Source: Candidatus Taylorbacteria bacterium RIFCSPLOWO2_01_FULL_48_100 (lineage in GTDB: Bacteria; Patescibacteriota; Minisyncoccia; Phycocordibacterales; UBA10002). From it: a DNA stretch of 47,241 bases. The stretch lies in NCBI GenBank assembly GCA_001821135.1, contig MHSA01000001.1, forward strand, positions 1-47,241, written 5' to 3'. The notes below the pieces were generated by a model, which was given only the letters and a program-made list of their open reading frames with translations, was not told the origin of the DNA and searched no databases. How positions within the stretch are numbered: the first letter of the stretch is position 1; every line of letters begins with the position of its first letter. Positions 7,585 to 16,795 of the stretch are shown piece after piece. The translations under genes and the position numbers were made by a program.

Positions 7585-9732
7585 ATGAATCGCGACTATC
7601 CACTTGAACGAGTTCGCAACTTCGGCATTATTGCGCATATTGACGCTGGTAAGACAACCACCAGCGAGCGCGTGCTTTTCTATACGGGAATGACTCACAA
7701 AATCGGCGAGGTGCACGAAGGCGATACCGTAACCGACTGGATGGAACAGGAGCGCGAGCGCGGCATTACGATTACCGCCGCCGCCATTACTTGTTTCTGG
7801 ACGCCGTCGTATGTTGCGAACAAGATCGACAAAGAAAAGAAAATCCGTTTTAATGTTATTGATACACCCGGGCATATTGACTTTACTGCAGAGGTAAAGC
7901 GTAGCTTGCGCGTATTGGACGGCGCGGTCGTCGTGTTTGACGGGGTTGCTGGCGTTGAGCCGCAGAGCGAAACCAACTGGCGCTATGCCGACGAAGGCAA
8001 GGTGCCGCGCATCTGTTTTATTAACAAACTAGACCGCATGGGCGCGTCTTTTGAAAAATCCTACGCTTCCATTCTTGACCGACTGAACAAGCACGCGGTA
8101 CGGATGCAAATTCCGATTGGGCTTGAAGAAAAGTTTGAGGGCGTTATAGACCTCCTCAAAATGAAGGCGTATTACTTTGAGGGCGAGAAGGGGATTGAGG
8201 TGATTGAAAAAGAAATCCCCGCAGAAGAGCTTGAAGATGCGAAAAAGTATAGACATGAATTAGTGGAACGGATTGTTGAAAATGACGATGCCCAAATGAG
8301 TGAGTATTTGGAAGGAAAAGAAATATCAGTAGACGCTCTTAAAAAGACACTTCGCAAAGCGGTAATTGCAAACAAGATTTTCCCAGTGCTTACCGGCTCC
8401 GCGCTCAAAAACAAAGGAGTACAACTAGTGCTTGATGCTGTGGTGGATTATCTTCCATCGCCTTTGGATATTCCGGCGATTTCGGCAATCAATCCAGAAA
8501 CCAATGAACCGGTTGAACGGCACTCATCCGACGAAGAGCCGTTTTCCGCGCTCGTGTTTAAGTTGCAGACAGACCCGTTTGTAGGTCAGCTAGCATTTTT
8601 CCGCGTGTATTCTGGGGCGGTGGAAGCGGGCTCGTATGTGTACAATTCTACAACCGGGAGCCGCGAGCGATTGTCGCGCATTGTGCGCTTGCAAGCGGAT
8701 AAGCGTGAAGAAGTGAAAAAGGTTTTTGCGGGAGAAATTGCCGCGGCGGTGGGGCTCAAAGATGCGAAGACCTCGCACACCCTGTGCGACGAGAAAAGCC
8801 CCGTCGTGCTTGAGCCGATTAAGTTTGCCGACCCGGTTATTTCTATGCGCATTGAGCCGAAGACAAAAGCCGACCAAGAGAAAATGGGTATGTCGCTCAA
8901 GCGCCTCTCGGACGAAGACCCGACTTTCAGAATTAAGAGCGATATGGAAACGGGCGAAACCGTCATTATGGGTATGGGTGAGTTGCAACTTGAAATTATG
9001 GTGGATAGAATGAAGCGCGAGTTTAGCGTGGAAGCGACTGTTGGCAAGCCGCAGGTTGCGTACAAAGAAACTATTCAAGGCGAGGCGGAAGTTGAAAACA
9101 AGTACATAAGGCAGACGGGCGGGCGCGGCCAGTACGGACATGTGAAGATTACCGTAAGACCAATGAAGCCGCTTGTTGAGGGTGCAAAAATTCCGAAAAA
9201 CACGAAGCGGTATGATGACTTTGAGTTCATCAATTCCATCAAAGGCGGCATCATTCCGCAGGAATATATTCCTGCGGTAGAAAAAGGGTTGCGCGAGGGA
9301 ATGGAGCGCGGCGTGGTCGCCGGCTTCCGACTCGTAAACATTTCGTGCGAGCTCTCGTACGGCTCGTATCACGAAGTGGACTCGTCAGAAATTGCGTTTA
9401 AGATTGCTGCGTCCCAAGCGATACAAGAGGCATGCCGCAAAGCTAGACCGGTGCTCCTTGAGCCGATTATGAAAGTGGAAGTGGTAACACCCGAAAAGTT
9501 TATGGGGGATGTGACGGGGCACCTGAACTCCAAGCGCGGCGAAGTGCAGAATGTATTTGACCGCGGTATGAGCAAGGTGGTGGACGCGAAAGTCCCGCTC
9601 GCGGAAATGTTCGGCTACATCACGACGCTTCGCTCAATGTCCGAAGGCCGCGCCTCGTTCAATATGGAGTTCTCGCATTATGCCGCGGTGCCGCCGAATG
9701 TTGCTATTGGTATTATTGAGGCGAGGAAATAA
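7585..9732 (+). CDS. fusA: Translation elongation factor G
   Basis: 715 aa. Motifs: RNFGIIAHIDAGKTTTSERVLFYTG, DTPGHIDFT, and all five EF-G domains. Confidence 0.97.
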   Translation: MNRDYPLERVRNFGIIAHIDAGKTTTSERVLFYTGMTHKIGEVHEGDTVTDWMEQERERGITITAAAITCFWTPSYVANKIDKEKKIRFNVIDTPGHIDFTAEVKRSLRVLDGAVVVFDGVAGVEPQSETNWRYADEGKVPRICFINKLDRMGASFEKSYASILDRLNKHAVRMQIPIGLEEKFEGVIDLLKMKAYYFEGEKGIEVIEKEIPAEELEDAKKYRHELVERIVENDDAQMSEYLEGKEISVDALKKTLRKAVIANKIFPVLTGSALKNKGVQLVLDAVVDYLPSPLDIPAISAINPETNEPVERHSSDEEPFSALVFKLQTDPFVGQLAFFRVYSGAVEAGSYVYNSTTGSRERLSRIVRLQADKREEVKKVFAGEIAAAVGLKDAKTSHTLCDEKSPVVLEPIKFADPVISMRIEPKTKADQEKMGMSLKRLSDEDPTFRIKSDMETGETVIMGMGELQLEIMVDRMKREFSVEATVGKPQVAYKETIQGEAEVENKYIRQTGGRGQYGHVKITVRPMKPLVEGAKIPKNTKRYDDFEFINSIKGGIIPQEYIPAVEKGLREGMERGVVAGFRLVNISCELSYGSYHEVDSSEIAFKIAASQAIQEACRKARPVLLEPIMKVEVVTPEKFMGDVTGHLNSKRGEVQNVFDRGMSKVVDAKVPLAEMFGYITTLRSMSEGRASFNMEFSHYAAVPPNVAIGIIEARK

Positions 9733-9794
9733 GAAAAGTGGTTGTGGATTGCGTTTTTGTGTGGGTTTGGTAGTATGGGGAGTGTGTCGCATAA

Positions 9795-9824
9795 AGCGAC
9801 CGTAGGGTCGCTCTTTGTTTTGTT
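9795..9824 (+). terminator. Intrinsic terminator/attenuator between fusA and tuf
   Basis: agcgacc-gtag-ggtcgct followed by ctttgttttgtt. An upstream alternative hairpin gtcgc-ataaa-gcgac (9786-9800) competes for the same gcgac arm. Confidence 0.55.
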
Positions 9825-9848
9825 ATAAACATTATTAGTAATATAATT
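9820..9848 (+). promoter_or_regulatory. Putative tuf promoter giving a very short leader
   Basis: TTGTTA (9820-9825), a 17-nt spacer, then TATAAT (9843-9848). The ATG is at 9859 and no SD lies between. Confidence 0.45.
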
Positions 9849-9858
9849 ATTAAAATAT

Positions 9859-11055
9859 ATGGCAGAAGAATTTAAACGCGATAAGCCGCATGTCAATGTC
9901 GGCACCATAGGGCATATTGACCACGGCAAGACGACCTTGACCGCAGCGATTTGCTCGGTTCAGGCGAAGAAGGGGCTTGCGAAAGAGCGCAGTTACGACG
10001 AAGTGGCGAAGGCGTCCGAAAAGGAGGGCCGCCGCGACCCGTCTAAAATTATTACCATTGCGATTTCGCATGTGGAATATTCTAGCGATGCGCGCCACTA
10101 CGCGCATGTGGATTGCCCCGGGCACGCGGACTATGTGAAGAATATGATTACCGGCGCGGCGCAGATGGACGGCGCGATTTTGGTGGTGGACGCGGCTGAT
10201 GGTCCGATGCCGCAGACCCGCGAACACATCTTGCTCGCGAAGCAAGTAGGCGTGCCGAAAGTTGTTGTGTTTTTGAACAAGTGCGATTTGGTAACAGATA
10301 AAGAACTGGTTGATTTGGTGGAAGAGGAAGTGCGCGAACTTTTGACCAAGAATGGCTTTGACGGAAAGGGCGCTCCAGTGATTCGCGGTTCTGCGCTAAA
10401 AGCAATTGAAGGCGACCCTGCGTGGGTTGCAAAAATTGATGAACTCTTGAAAGCGCTGGACACCTATATTACAGTTCCGCCACGCGAGGTGGATAAGCCA
10501 TTCCTAATGCCGATTGAAGACATTTTCTCCATTGAAGGCCGCGGAACTGTGGTAACCGGACGCATTGAACGCGGTAAGGTGAAGGTTGGCGAGGAAGTGG
10601 AAATTGTTGGACTCAAGCCGACTGCGAAGACGACAGTTACCGGTATTGAGATGTTCAATAAATCCCTACAGGAAGGTTTAGCCGGCGACAACGCGGGTAT
10701 TTTGCTTCGCGGTACTAAAAAAGAAGAGGTTCATCGCGGGCAAGTGCTTGCAAAAATCGGCTCTGTAACTCCTCATACCGACTTTGAAGCAGAGGTATAT
10801 GTTTTGAAAAAGGAGGAAGGAGGTCGCCACACTCCATTCTTTACGGGCTACAAGCCGCAATTTTACATCCGCACGACCGATGTAACCGGCGAAGTAACGC
10901 TTCCGGAAGGCCGCGAGATGGTAATGCCTGGCGACACGGTTACTTTTAAGGTGAAGCTGGTCGCGCCAGTCGCGCTTGAGAATCAGACGCGCTTTGCGGT
11001 GCGCGAAGGAGGCAAAACTGTGGGCGCGGGTGTTGTAACGAAGATTGTCGCGTAA
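9859..11055 (+). CDS. tuf: Translation elongation factor Tu
   Basis: 398 aa. Motifs: [51 protein letters not shown]. Confidence 0.98.
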   Translation: MAEEFKRDKPHVNVGTIGHIDHGKTTLTAAICSVQAKKGLAKERSYDEVAKASEKEGRRDPSKIITIAISHVEYSSDARHYAHVDCPGHADYVKNMITGAAQMDGAILVVDAADGPMPQTREHILLAKQVGVPKVVVFLNKCDLVTDKELVDLVEEEVRELLTKNGFDGKGAPVIRGSALKAIEGDPAWVAKIDELLKALDTYITVPPREVDKPFLMPIEDIFSIEGRGTVVTGRIERGKVKVGEEVEIVGLKPTAKTTVTGIEMFNKSLQEGLAGDNAGILLRGTKKEEVHRGQVLAKIGSVTPHTDFEAEVYVLKKEEGGRHTPFFTGYKPQFYIRTTDVTGEVTLPEGREMVMPGDTVTFKVKLVAPVALENQTRFAVREGGKTVGAGVVTKIVA

Positions 11056-11065
11056 AATACCAATC

Positions 11066-11161
11066 TACGAATTATACTAATCTACAAATGACTACGAATA
11101 AGAAACATTAGTAGACATTCGTATCATTTGTAACATTCGTATATTGGTATATTCATTCGTA
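11066..11161. repeat. ATTCGTA repeat block, copy 1 (2 inverted plus 3 direct units)
   Basis: tacgaat at 11066 and 11093. attcgta at 11117, 11135 and 11155. The last unit runs into the rpsJ ATG (attcgtATG). Confidence 0.7.
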
Positions 11162-11556
11162 TGGTAACTAAATCAACTACAAAAAAGAAAAGGGCAACTG
11201 CTCCAAAAAAAGCACCAACAGTGAAAAAAACCACAGTAAAGAAAACTGATGTTGCGAAACTTCGCATTCGCGTGCGCGCGTACGAACACAAGATTCTTGA
11301 CGCATCCGTACGCCAGATTATGGACACGGCTGCGCGGTTTGACGCAACCGTACAAGGTCCGGTGCCGCTTCCTACAGAAATACGCAAGTACACGGTGAAT
11401 CGCGGGGCGTTTGTGCACAAGAACGCGCGCGAACAATTTGAGATGCGCGCGCATAAACGCCTTGTAGACATCGTGAACCCATCGGGCAAACTCGTAGAGG
11501 CGCTCACCAACCTATCGCTCCCGTCTGGCGTGAATATTGAAGTAAAGATGCTATAA
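11161..11556 (+). CDS. rpsJ: 30S ribosomal protein S10 with a Lys-rich N-terminal extension
   Basis: 131 aa. The core is LRIRVRAYEHKILD...VQGPVPLPTE...HKRLVDIV. It is preceded by about 30 aa of K/T/A-rich extension. An alternative GTG start at 11221 would shorten the extension. Confidence 0.9.
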   Translation: MVTKSTTKKKRATAPKKAPTVKKTTVKKTDVAKLRIRVRAYEHKILDASVRQIMDTAARFDATVQGPVPLPTEIRKYTVNRGAFVHKNAREQFEMRAHKRLVDIVNPSGKLVEALTNLSLPSGVNIEVKML

Positions 11557-11560
11557 AAAT

Positions 11561-11595
11561 AAAAACCGTCCGCCTTATGTGGACGGTTTTTATTT
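11561..11595 (+). terminator. Intrinsic terminator between rpsJ and rplC
   Basis: aaaaaccgtcc-gccttatgt-ggacggttttta. Confidence 0.6.
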
Positions 11596-11597
11596 CT

Positions 11598-11626
11598 TTG
11601 ACTTTTTTGCGGGGATTTGGTAGGGT
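11598..11626 (+). promoter_or_regulatory. Putative internal promoter upstream of rplC
   Basis: TTGACT (11598-11603), a 17-nt spacer, then TAGGGT (11621-11626). Confidence 0.35.
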
Positions 11627-11698
11627 GTTTCGTATTCTGCGTTCGCGGATGTTTTGATAGAACTAGAACCGCTGCGCCTTGGGCGCATGTTCAAAACT

Positions 11699-12313
11699 AT
11701 GAAGTATATATTGGGTACAAAAATAAATATGTCCCAAATTTGGGACGAGCGGGGGAGATCTGTGCCGGTCACGCTCCTCGCGGTTTCGCCTAATGTGATA
11801 ACACAGGTGAAGACGAAAGAAACGGACGGCTACGATGCCGTACAAGTCGGCTTCGGCGTGCGCAAGGCGAAAAATCTCACGAAGCCCGAAAAGGGGCATA
11901 TGAAAACGCTCGGCAGTTTCCAGATATTAAAAGAGTGGCGTCTTGCTCAAGCTGCTACGGAAAAGGTGGGAGATAAAATTGAAGTGTCGGTTTTTAAGAG
12001 TGGCGATATTGTTGCGGTTTCCGGTATCTCCAAAGGCAAAGGGTTCCAGGGAGTTGTTAAGCGACACGGATTTCATGGTGGTAGCCGTACGCATGGGCAG
12101 AAGCACAGCGAGCGCGAGCCGGGTGCCATTGGCGGGCGTGGACGCGCGGGTGGGCGCGTGTCGCTCGGTATGCGCATGGCGGGGCGTATGGGAGGCGAGC
12201 GCGTAACGGTTAAAAATCTGGAAGTGGCGCAAGTGATACCCGATGAGAACTTGATTTTGCTCAAAGGCGCGGTGCCCGGTCGGCGCGGTTCGTTTATTGA
12301 GATTCGAGGATAA
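11699..12313 (+). CDS. rplC: 50S ribosomal protein L3
   Basis: Start chosen at MKYILGTKINMSQIWD, the typical L3 N-terminus. Motifs: GKGFQGVVKRHGF.GG..THG. Confidence 0.93.
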   Translation: MKYILGTKINMSQIWDERGRSVPVTLLAVSPNVITQVKTKETDGYDAVQVGFGVRKAKNLTKPEKGHMKTLGSFQILKEWRLAQAATEKVGDKIEVSVFKSGDIVAVSGISKGKGFQGVVKRHGFHGGSRTHGQKHSEREPGAIGGRGRAGGRVSLGMRMAGRMGGERVTVKNLEVAQVIPDENLILLKGAVPGRRGSFIEIRG

Positions 12314-12349
12314 TACGAGCTACGAACAAGACACGAAATTACAAAAAAT

Positions 12350-13009
12350 ATGGAATCAATTATTTACAACCAAAAAGGCGAACAATCTGGAAAGATCGCA
12401 CTTCCGAAGAGCGTTTTTGGCGCGCGTTGGAACGCTGACCTCGTGCACCAAGTCGTTACTTCGCTTCTCTCCAGCGCGCGGCGCGGAACCGCGCACACCA
12501 AAACGCGCGGTGAGGTTTCTGGGGGCGGCAAGAAGCCGTGGAAGCAAAAAGGCACAGGCCGCGCGCGCCACGGCTCTACGCGCTCGCCACTGTGGGTTGG
12601 AGGCGGCGTTACGCACGGACCGCGCTCGGACAAGAATTATGCGCGCGCAGTCAACAGTAAAATGGCGGCACGCGCGCTTGCGTCCGTCCTTTCTCAAAAG
12701 CTCAAAGACGGCGAGATTGTATTTGTGGAGTCACTTTTGTTTGATGCGCCGAAGACCGCGCGCGCAAAAGATACACTCACTGCGTTGGCGAAAGCTGGTT
12801 TTACACACATCGTGTCCAAAAAACAAAACGCCGCGTTTGTCGGTCTTGCAGGTAGCGAGCCCATTGCGAAAAAGAGTTTCCGAAATCTCGGAAACATTTC
12901 CGTAGGGGAGTGGCGCAATCTGAACGCCGCAGAAGTGCTTCGCAACAAGTATCTTGTTTTTTCCGAGCCGGAAAAAGCCGTGAAGTTTTTTGAAGAAAAA
13001 TTAAAATAA
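12350..13009 (+). CDS. rplD: 50S ribosomal protein L4
   Basis: 219 aa. Motifs: HTKTRGEVSGGGKKPWKQKGTGRARHGS.RSPLWVGGG. Confidence 0.95.
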   Translation: MESIIYNQKGEQSGKIALPKSVFGARWNADLVHQVVTSLLSSARRGTAHTKTRGEVSGGGKKPWKQKGTGRARHGSTRSPLWVGGGVTHGPRSDKNYARAVNSKMAARALASVLSQKLKDGEIVFVESLLFDAPKTARAKDTLTALAKAGFTHIVSKKQNAAFVGLAGSEPIAKKSFRNLGNISVGEWRNLNAAEVLRNKYLVFSEPEKAVKFFEEKLK

Positions 13010-13010
13010 T

Positions 13011-13406
13011 ATGTCTTTACTTAACTTAGGAAGAAAGAAAAAAGAAGCGTTGAAATCGGCAGAAAAACCGATTGTTGTCTCCGCGCCGAAGAAACTTGCC
13101 GTATCGACAGAGAAAGAGAAAAAGGGCGCGTCAAGTGTTTTTGCGCACTTCATTGAACGCCCGCGTATATCGGAGAAGGCGACAACGCTTGCTACGGAAA
13201 GTTGCTATGTGTTTGAGGTGTCGCGAACAGCGAACAAATATTTGATTGCGCAAGCTGTGAAGGCGCTGTATAACGCAGTTCCGAAGCAGGTGCGAATGCT
13301 TCCAATTCCGAAGAAAAAACTGTTCGCGCGCGGCAAGCTCGGAACAACTGGCGGCGGGAAAAAAGCGTATGTGTTTCTGAAGAAAGGCGACAAAATTGAA
13401 TTATAA
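13011..13406 (+). CDS. rplW: 50S ribosomal protein L23 with an N-terminal extension
   Basis: 131 aa. The core is IERPRISEKAT...YVFEVSRTANKYLIAQAVKALY. It is preceded by about 35 aa of Lys-rich extension. Confidence 0.9.
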   Translation: MSLLNLGRKKKEALKSAEKPIVVSAPKKLAVSTEKEKKGASSVFAHFIERPRISEKATTLATESCYVFEVSRTANKYLIAQAVKALYNAVPKQVRMLPIPKKKLFARGKLGTTGGGKKAYVFLKKGDKIEL

Positions 13407-13408
13407 TT

Positions 13409-14266
13409 ATGAAAATATATAAACCCACAACTCCGTCGCGCCAACATATGACCGGTATTGATTATCGGAAGCTTTTGTCTGGTCATAGACCGCACAAGAA
13501 ACTCGTCTTCGGCGGCAAGCGCAGTGTCGGACGAAACGCATTCGGCAGGATTACCGTGCGGCACAAAGGCGGCGGGCATAAGCGGCTTTTCCGCGATGTT
13601 GATTTTGTGTACGATAAACACGACATTCCGGCGCGCATCGCGTCCATTGAATACGACCCGAACCGCACGGGGTTCATCGGTCTAGCCGTGTACGCAGATG
13701 GCGAAAAGCGCTATGTGCTTTTACCGCAGAGCGTAAAGTCGGGCGATTCGTTCATCGTTTCAGAAAAGGCGGAAGTGAAGCCGGCGAATCGCTTACCCAT
13801 CGGCAAGATTCCAGTTGGCGCGTTTGTGTACAACATTTCTTTCCGTCTAGATGGAGCGTCTGCGCTCGCGCGCTCGGCAGGTAATTACGCAGAAATTGTC
13901 GGTCATGATGCCGGCTATACGCTTCTAAAATTACCCTCTACTGAAATACGCAAAGTGTTATCTAAAGCATGGGCGTGTATCGGCGCGGTTTCCAATGAAG
14001 AAAATTATCTCGTGCATATCGGCAAGGCGGGGCGCTCGCGCTGGCTCGGCATTCGCCCGACCGTGCGCGGCTCGGCAATGAACCCGGTTGACCACCCGAA
14101 GGGAGGCGGCGAAGGTAAGCAGCCGCGCGGACGCAGGCGCGAAATCAATGTGTACGGTAAGCCGACCGGCAAGGGGCAGAAAACCCGCCGTCCGAAAAAA
14201 TACTCCAATGTCTTTATCGTCTCGCGGCGCAAGGTCGGCAAGAGTCGCACTCAAAGCATGCAATAA
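13409..14266 (+). CDS. rplB: 50S ribosomal protein L2
   Basis: 285 aa. Motifs: GRNAFGRITVRHKGGGHKR, GSAMNPVDHPKGGGEG. Confidence 0.97.
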   Translation: MKIYKPTTPSRQHMTGIDYRKLLSGHRPHKKLVFGGKRSVGRNAFGRITVRHKGGGHKRLFRDVDFVYDKHDIPARIASIEYDPNRTGFIGLAVYADGEKRYVLLPQSVKSGDSFIVSEKAEVKPANRLPIGKIPVGAFVYNISFRLDGASALARSAGNYAEIVGHDAGYTLLKLPSTEIRKVLSKAWACIGAVSNEENYLVHIGKAGRSRWLGIRPTVRGSAMNPVDHPKGGGEGKQPRGRRREINVYGKPTGKGQKTRRPKKYSNVFIVSRRKVGKSRTQSMQ

Positions 14267-14400
14267 TCTCGGATGCGAGATTAAGTAAATCTCTTTTCGA
14301 TACTCTTCCAGTTAATTGCTATAGCAAGTAGTTGGAATAGTGAACGTGGCGAGTAGTAAAAAACATACAAAGAAAGACCCGCGAACATATTTCAGCTTTG

Positions 14401-14437
14401 CAAAAGAAGAAAGCCGTCAAGAATTGTTTGACGGCTT
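14401..14437 (-). terminator. Intrinsic terminator of the opposite-strand small gene
   Basis: A 10-bp stem pairs aagccgtcaa (14411-14420) with ttgacggctt (14428-14437). On the minus strand it is followed by tcttcttttg. Confidence 0.65.
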
Positions 14438-14443
14438 CATTGT

Positions 14444-14626
14444 TTATCGGAGGACCCTATCATACGCTCTCGCATGTGATTTTCTACGGGCTTCATCATA
14501 GGCCTGAATTTCAGGTTCAACTCCATTTGCAACTTCTACCCAGTATTTTTTCCAATCAGTTTGTGCGAGAATTCTTTGAATTCGTCTGCGTTCTTTAGTT
14601 TTCATATTTTGTTTTTGTTCGTCCAT
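14444..14626 (-). CDS. Hypothetical small protein encoded antisense between rplB and rpsS
   Basis: 60-aa ORF (MDEQKQNMKTKERRRIQRILAQTDWKKYW...) with its own downstream terminator. No family was recognised. Confidence 0.45.
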   Translation of the reverse strand: MDEQKQNMKTKERRRIQRILAQTDWKKYWVEVANGVEPEIQAYDEARRKSHARAYDRVLR

Positions 14627-14650
14627 TTATAGATTAGCATATTTATTAAG

Positions 14651-14679
14651 TTGACCTTCTGTGTTCTTTTCTGTTAGTA
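14651..14679 (+). promoter_or_regulatory. Putative promoter restarting transcription at rpsS
   Basis: TTGACC (14651-14656), a 17-nt spacer, then TTAGTA (14674-14679). Confidence 0.4.
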
Positions 14680-14716
14680 TGCGTAAACGCTCTTTTCCCG
14701 GGCGTTTTACATTTAT

Positions 14717-15058
14717 ATGAGCCGTTCAGCATCAAAAGGACCGTTTGTGGACCCGCGCATCGTTAAGAAGATTGCGGGCAAGAAGCCGGAGAACACTCCG
14801 CCGGTGAAGATGTGGGCGCGCGCATCCGTCATTTCTCCTGAAATGGTCGGTTTTAAGTTTCTCGTGCATAACGGAAAGGATTTCCCCGAAGTGCTGGTTA
14901 CTGAAGAAATGGTCGGGCACAGGTTCGGCGAATTTTCGCTCACGCGCAAGTTCGTTAAGCACGGAGGTAAGATGCAAAAGGACCAAGAAGCGAAAGCGAA
15001 GGAGTCCGAAATTGCGTCTGCACAAGCGGCAAAAGCGGCAACAGAAGCAAAGAAATAA
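14717..15058 (+). CDS. rpsS: 30S ribosomal protein S19 with a C-terminal Lys/Ala-rich extension
   Basis: 113 aa. Motifs: SRSASKGPFVD, VHNGKDF..V.VTEEMVGHRFGEFSLTRKF. It has a tail of about 20 aa (KDQEAKAKESEIASAQAAKAATEAKK). Confidence 0.94.
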   Translation: MSRSASKGPFVDPRIVKKIAGKKPENTPPVKMWARASVISPEMVGFKFLVHNGKDFPEVLVTEEMVGHRFGEFSLTRKFVKHGGKMQKDQEAKAKESEIASAQAAKAATEAKK

Positions 15059-15059
15059 C

Positions 15060-15395
15060 ATGAAGGCGCAACTGAACAATTTGCGAATGTCTCCACGCAA
15101 AGTGCGCCTTGTGGCGGACACGGTGCGTGGCAAGAGTGTCGCAGAGGCGCGCGCCATACTTTCTTTTATGCCGAAGGTGTCGGCGCTTCCGCTTCTTAAG
15201 CTTTTGGACGGCGCGGTAAAGAATGCGGCGAATGTGGGAAATACATCCGATGTATCCGCGCTTAAGGTTTCCGAATTATATGTCAATCAAGGCAAGACCT
15301 TGAAGCGGCATATGCCGCGTGCGCACGGTTCTGCGTACCAGATATTAAAGCGCACTAGCAAAATCACTCTTATTCTTGCAGACAAGAGTAAATAA
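15060..15395 (+). CDS. rplV: 50S ribosomal protein L22
   Basis: Start at MKAQLNNLRMSPRKVRLVADTVRGKSV.EA, inside ORF 15012-15395. Confidence 0.93.
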   Translation: MKAQLNNLRMSPRKVRLVADTVRGKSVAEARAILSFMPKVSALPLLKLLDGAVKNAANVGNTSDVSALKVSELYVNQGKTLKRHMPRAHGSAYQILKRTSKITLILADKSK

Positions 15396-15399
15396 TTTT

Positions 15400-16065
15400 A
15401 TGTCCCATACCGTTCATCCATATGCGCATAGAATAGGAATTATCCGCGACTGGAAAAGCCGATGGTTTGGCGTGAAAGACGCCTACCGCGACACGCTCCG
15501 CCGCGACATCATCATCCGCGAATTTTTAGCGAAGCGCCTGCGCGGAATGTATGTGTCCGATATCATCATTGAGCGCGGCGCGAAGAAGTTTCGTGTAGTC
15601 GTAAAGACCGCGCGCCCGGGGCTTCTTGTTGGTAGGGGCGGCGAAGGCGCGGTAAAAATGAAAGATGATTTGAATAGATATTTGCAGAGAAAGGGGGCGT
15701 TAAGCAAAGAGGAGATGCGTTTGGATATTGAAGAAGTGCGTTCGCCTGAGGGGAGCGCGGCAATCGTCGCTCAAATGATTGCAGAGGGTTTGGAAAAACG
15801 ACTTCCGTTCCGCCGCGTAATGAAGCAGACAATTGAAAAAGTAATGGCAAATCGCGATGTGAAGGGAGTAAAGATTTACCTTGGCGGGCGGCTCGGTGGT
15901 GCGGAAATGGCGCGCTCGGAGTCAATGCTCAAGGGCCGTGTGCCGCTTCAGACACTTCGCGCCGACATTGACTTCGCGCGCGAGCGCGCGGTGCTTCCGT
16001 ACGGCGACATCGGTATCAAGGTGTGGATTTACAAAGGTGAGATTTTTGAGAAAGATAAGAAATAA
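15400..16065 (+). CDS. rpsC: 30S ribosomal protein S3
   Basis: Start at MSHTVHPYAHRIGIIRDWKSRWF. It has KH and S3-C domains (GVKIYLGGRLGGAEMARSE). Confidence 0.95.
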   Translation: MSHTVHPYAHRIGIIRDWKSRWFGVKDAYRDTLRRDIIIREFLAKRLRGMYVSDIIIERGAKKFRVVVKTARPGLLVGRGGEGAVKMKDDLNRYLQRKGALSKEEMRLDIEEVRSPEGSAAIVAQMIAEGLEKRLPFRRVMKQTIEKVMANRDVKGVKIYLGGRLGGAEMARSESMLKGRVPLQTLRADIDFARERAVLPYGDIGIKVWIYKGEIFEKDKK

Positions 16066-16074
16066 ACCAAAATC

Positions 16075-16491
16075 ATGTTATTGCCAAAAAAAGTAAAATT
16101 TCGCAAATGGCACACGATGCGCCGCAATCCTGCGCGCGGAGGCGTTGACGCGCGTGGCTCAAGTGTTTCGTTCGGCTCGTTCGGGCTCAAGGCGATTGCG
16201 CCGGGTCGCATCCGTTCAAATCAAATTGAGGCGGCGCGCAAAGTCGCGTCGCGCGAAGCCGGCAAGAGCGGCAAAATTTGGATTCGCATCTTTCCCGACC
16301 GCCCATACACGGCGAAGCCGCCAGAAGTCGGTATGGGGAAGGGCAAGGGCGATCCGCAAGGGTACTGCATAGAGGTGCGTCCTGGGCGTGTGCTTTTTGA
16401 AGTGGATGGCTTATCGCTTGAGGCGGCTACCGAAACGCTCCGCAAGGCGGGTACAAAGTTGCCCGTGAAGACGAAAGTTGTTGCGCGATAA
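16075..16491 (+). CDS. rplP: 50S ribosomal protein L16
   Basis: 138 aa. Motifs: MLLPKKVKFRKWH, IEAARKV..R......KIWIRIFPD.P.T.KP.EVGMGKGKG. Confidence 0.96.
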   Translation: MLLPKKVKFRKWHTMRRNPARGGVDARGSSVSFGSFGLKAIAPGRIRSNQIEAARKVASREAGKSGKIWIRIFPDRPYTAKPPEVGMGKGKGDPQGYCIEVRPGRVLFEVDGLSLEAATETLRKAGTKLPVKTKVVAR

Positions 16492-16529
16492 TGCGGTTTG
16501 AGTATTTTATATAAATAAGGTATCGTGCT

Positions 16530-16790
16530 ATGTTGCTCTCTATGGAAACAGAAACGAAAAATGAAAAAACTGGCCGAGTTCTCCGAGGAACTGTCGTGTC
16601 CGACAAAATGAAGGACACGGTGGTAGTTGCCGTAAATCGCCTCGTGAAGCACCCAAAATACAAGAAATTTATGCGCATAACGAAGCGTTACAAGGCGCAC
16701 GATGCTGGCAACACGAAGCATACCGGCGATTCCGTTGAAATTATTGAATGCCGCCCAATTTCCAAAGACAAGCATTTTAAGATTGTGTAA
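16530..16790 (+). CDS. rpsQ: 30S ribosomal protein S17
   Basis: 86 aa. Motifs: GRVLRGTVVSDKMKDTVVVAV...HPKYKKF....KRYKAHD. The start could instead be 16542. Confidence 0.92.
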   Translation: MLLSMETETKNEKTGRVLRGTVVSDKMKDTVVVAVNRLVKHPKYKKFMRITKRYKAHDAGNTKHTGDSVEIIECRPISKDKHFKIV

Positions 16791-16795
16791 TTTTT

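Noticed and set aside
8586-9372. Minus-strand ORFs of 159 and 260 aa inside fusA
   Set aside because: They are antisense shadows of EF-G. The fusA frame is unambiguous.
12297-12905. 202-aa plus-strand ORF overlapping rplD in another frame
   Set aside because: It is an Arg/Ala-rich alternative frame of a clearly identified L4 gene.
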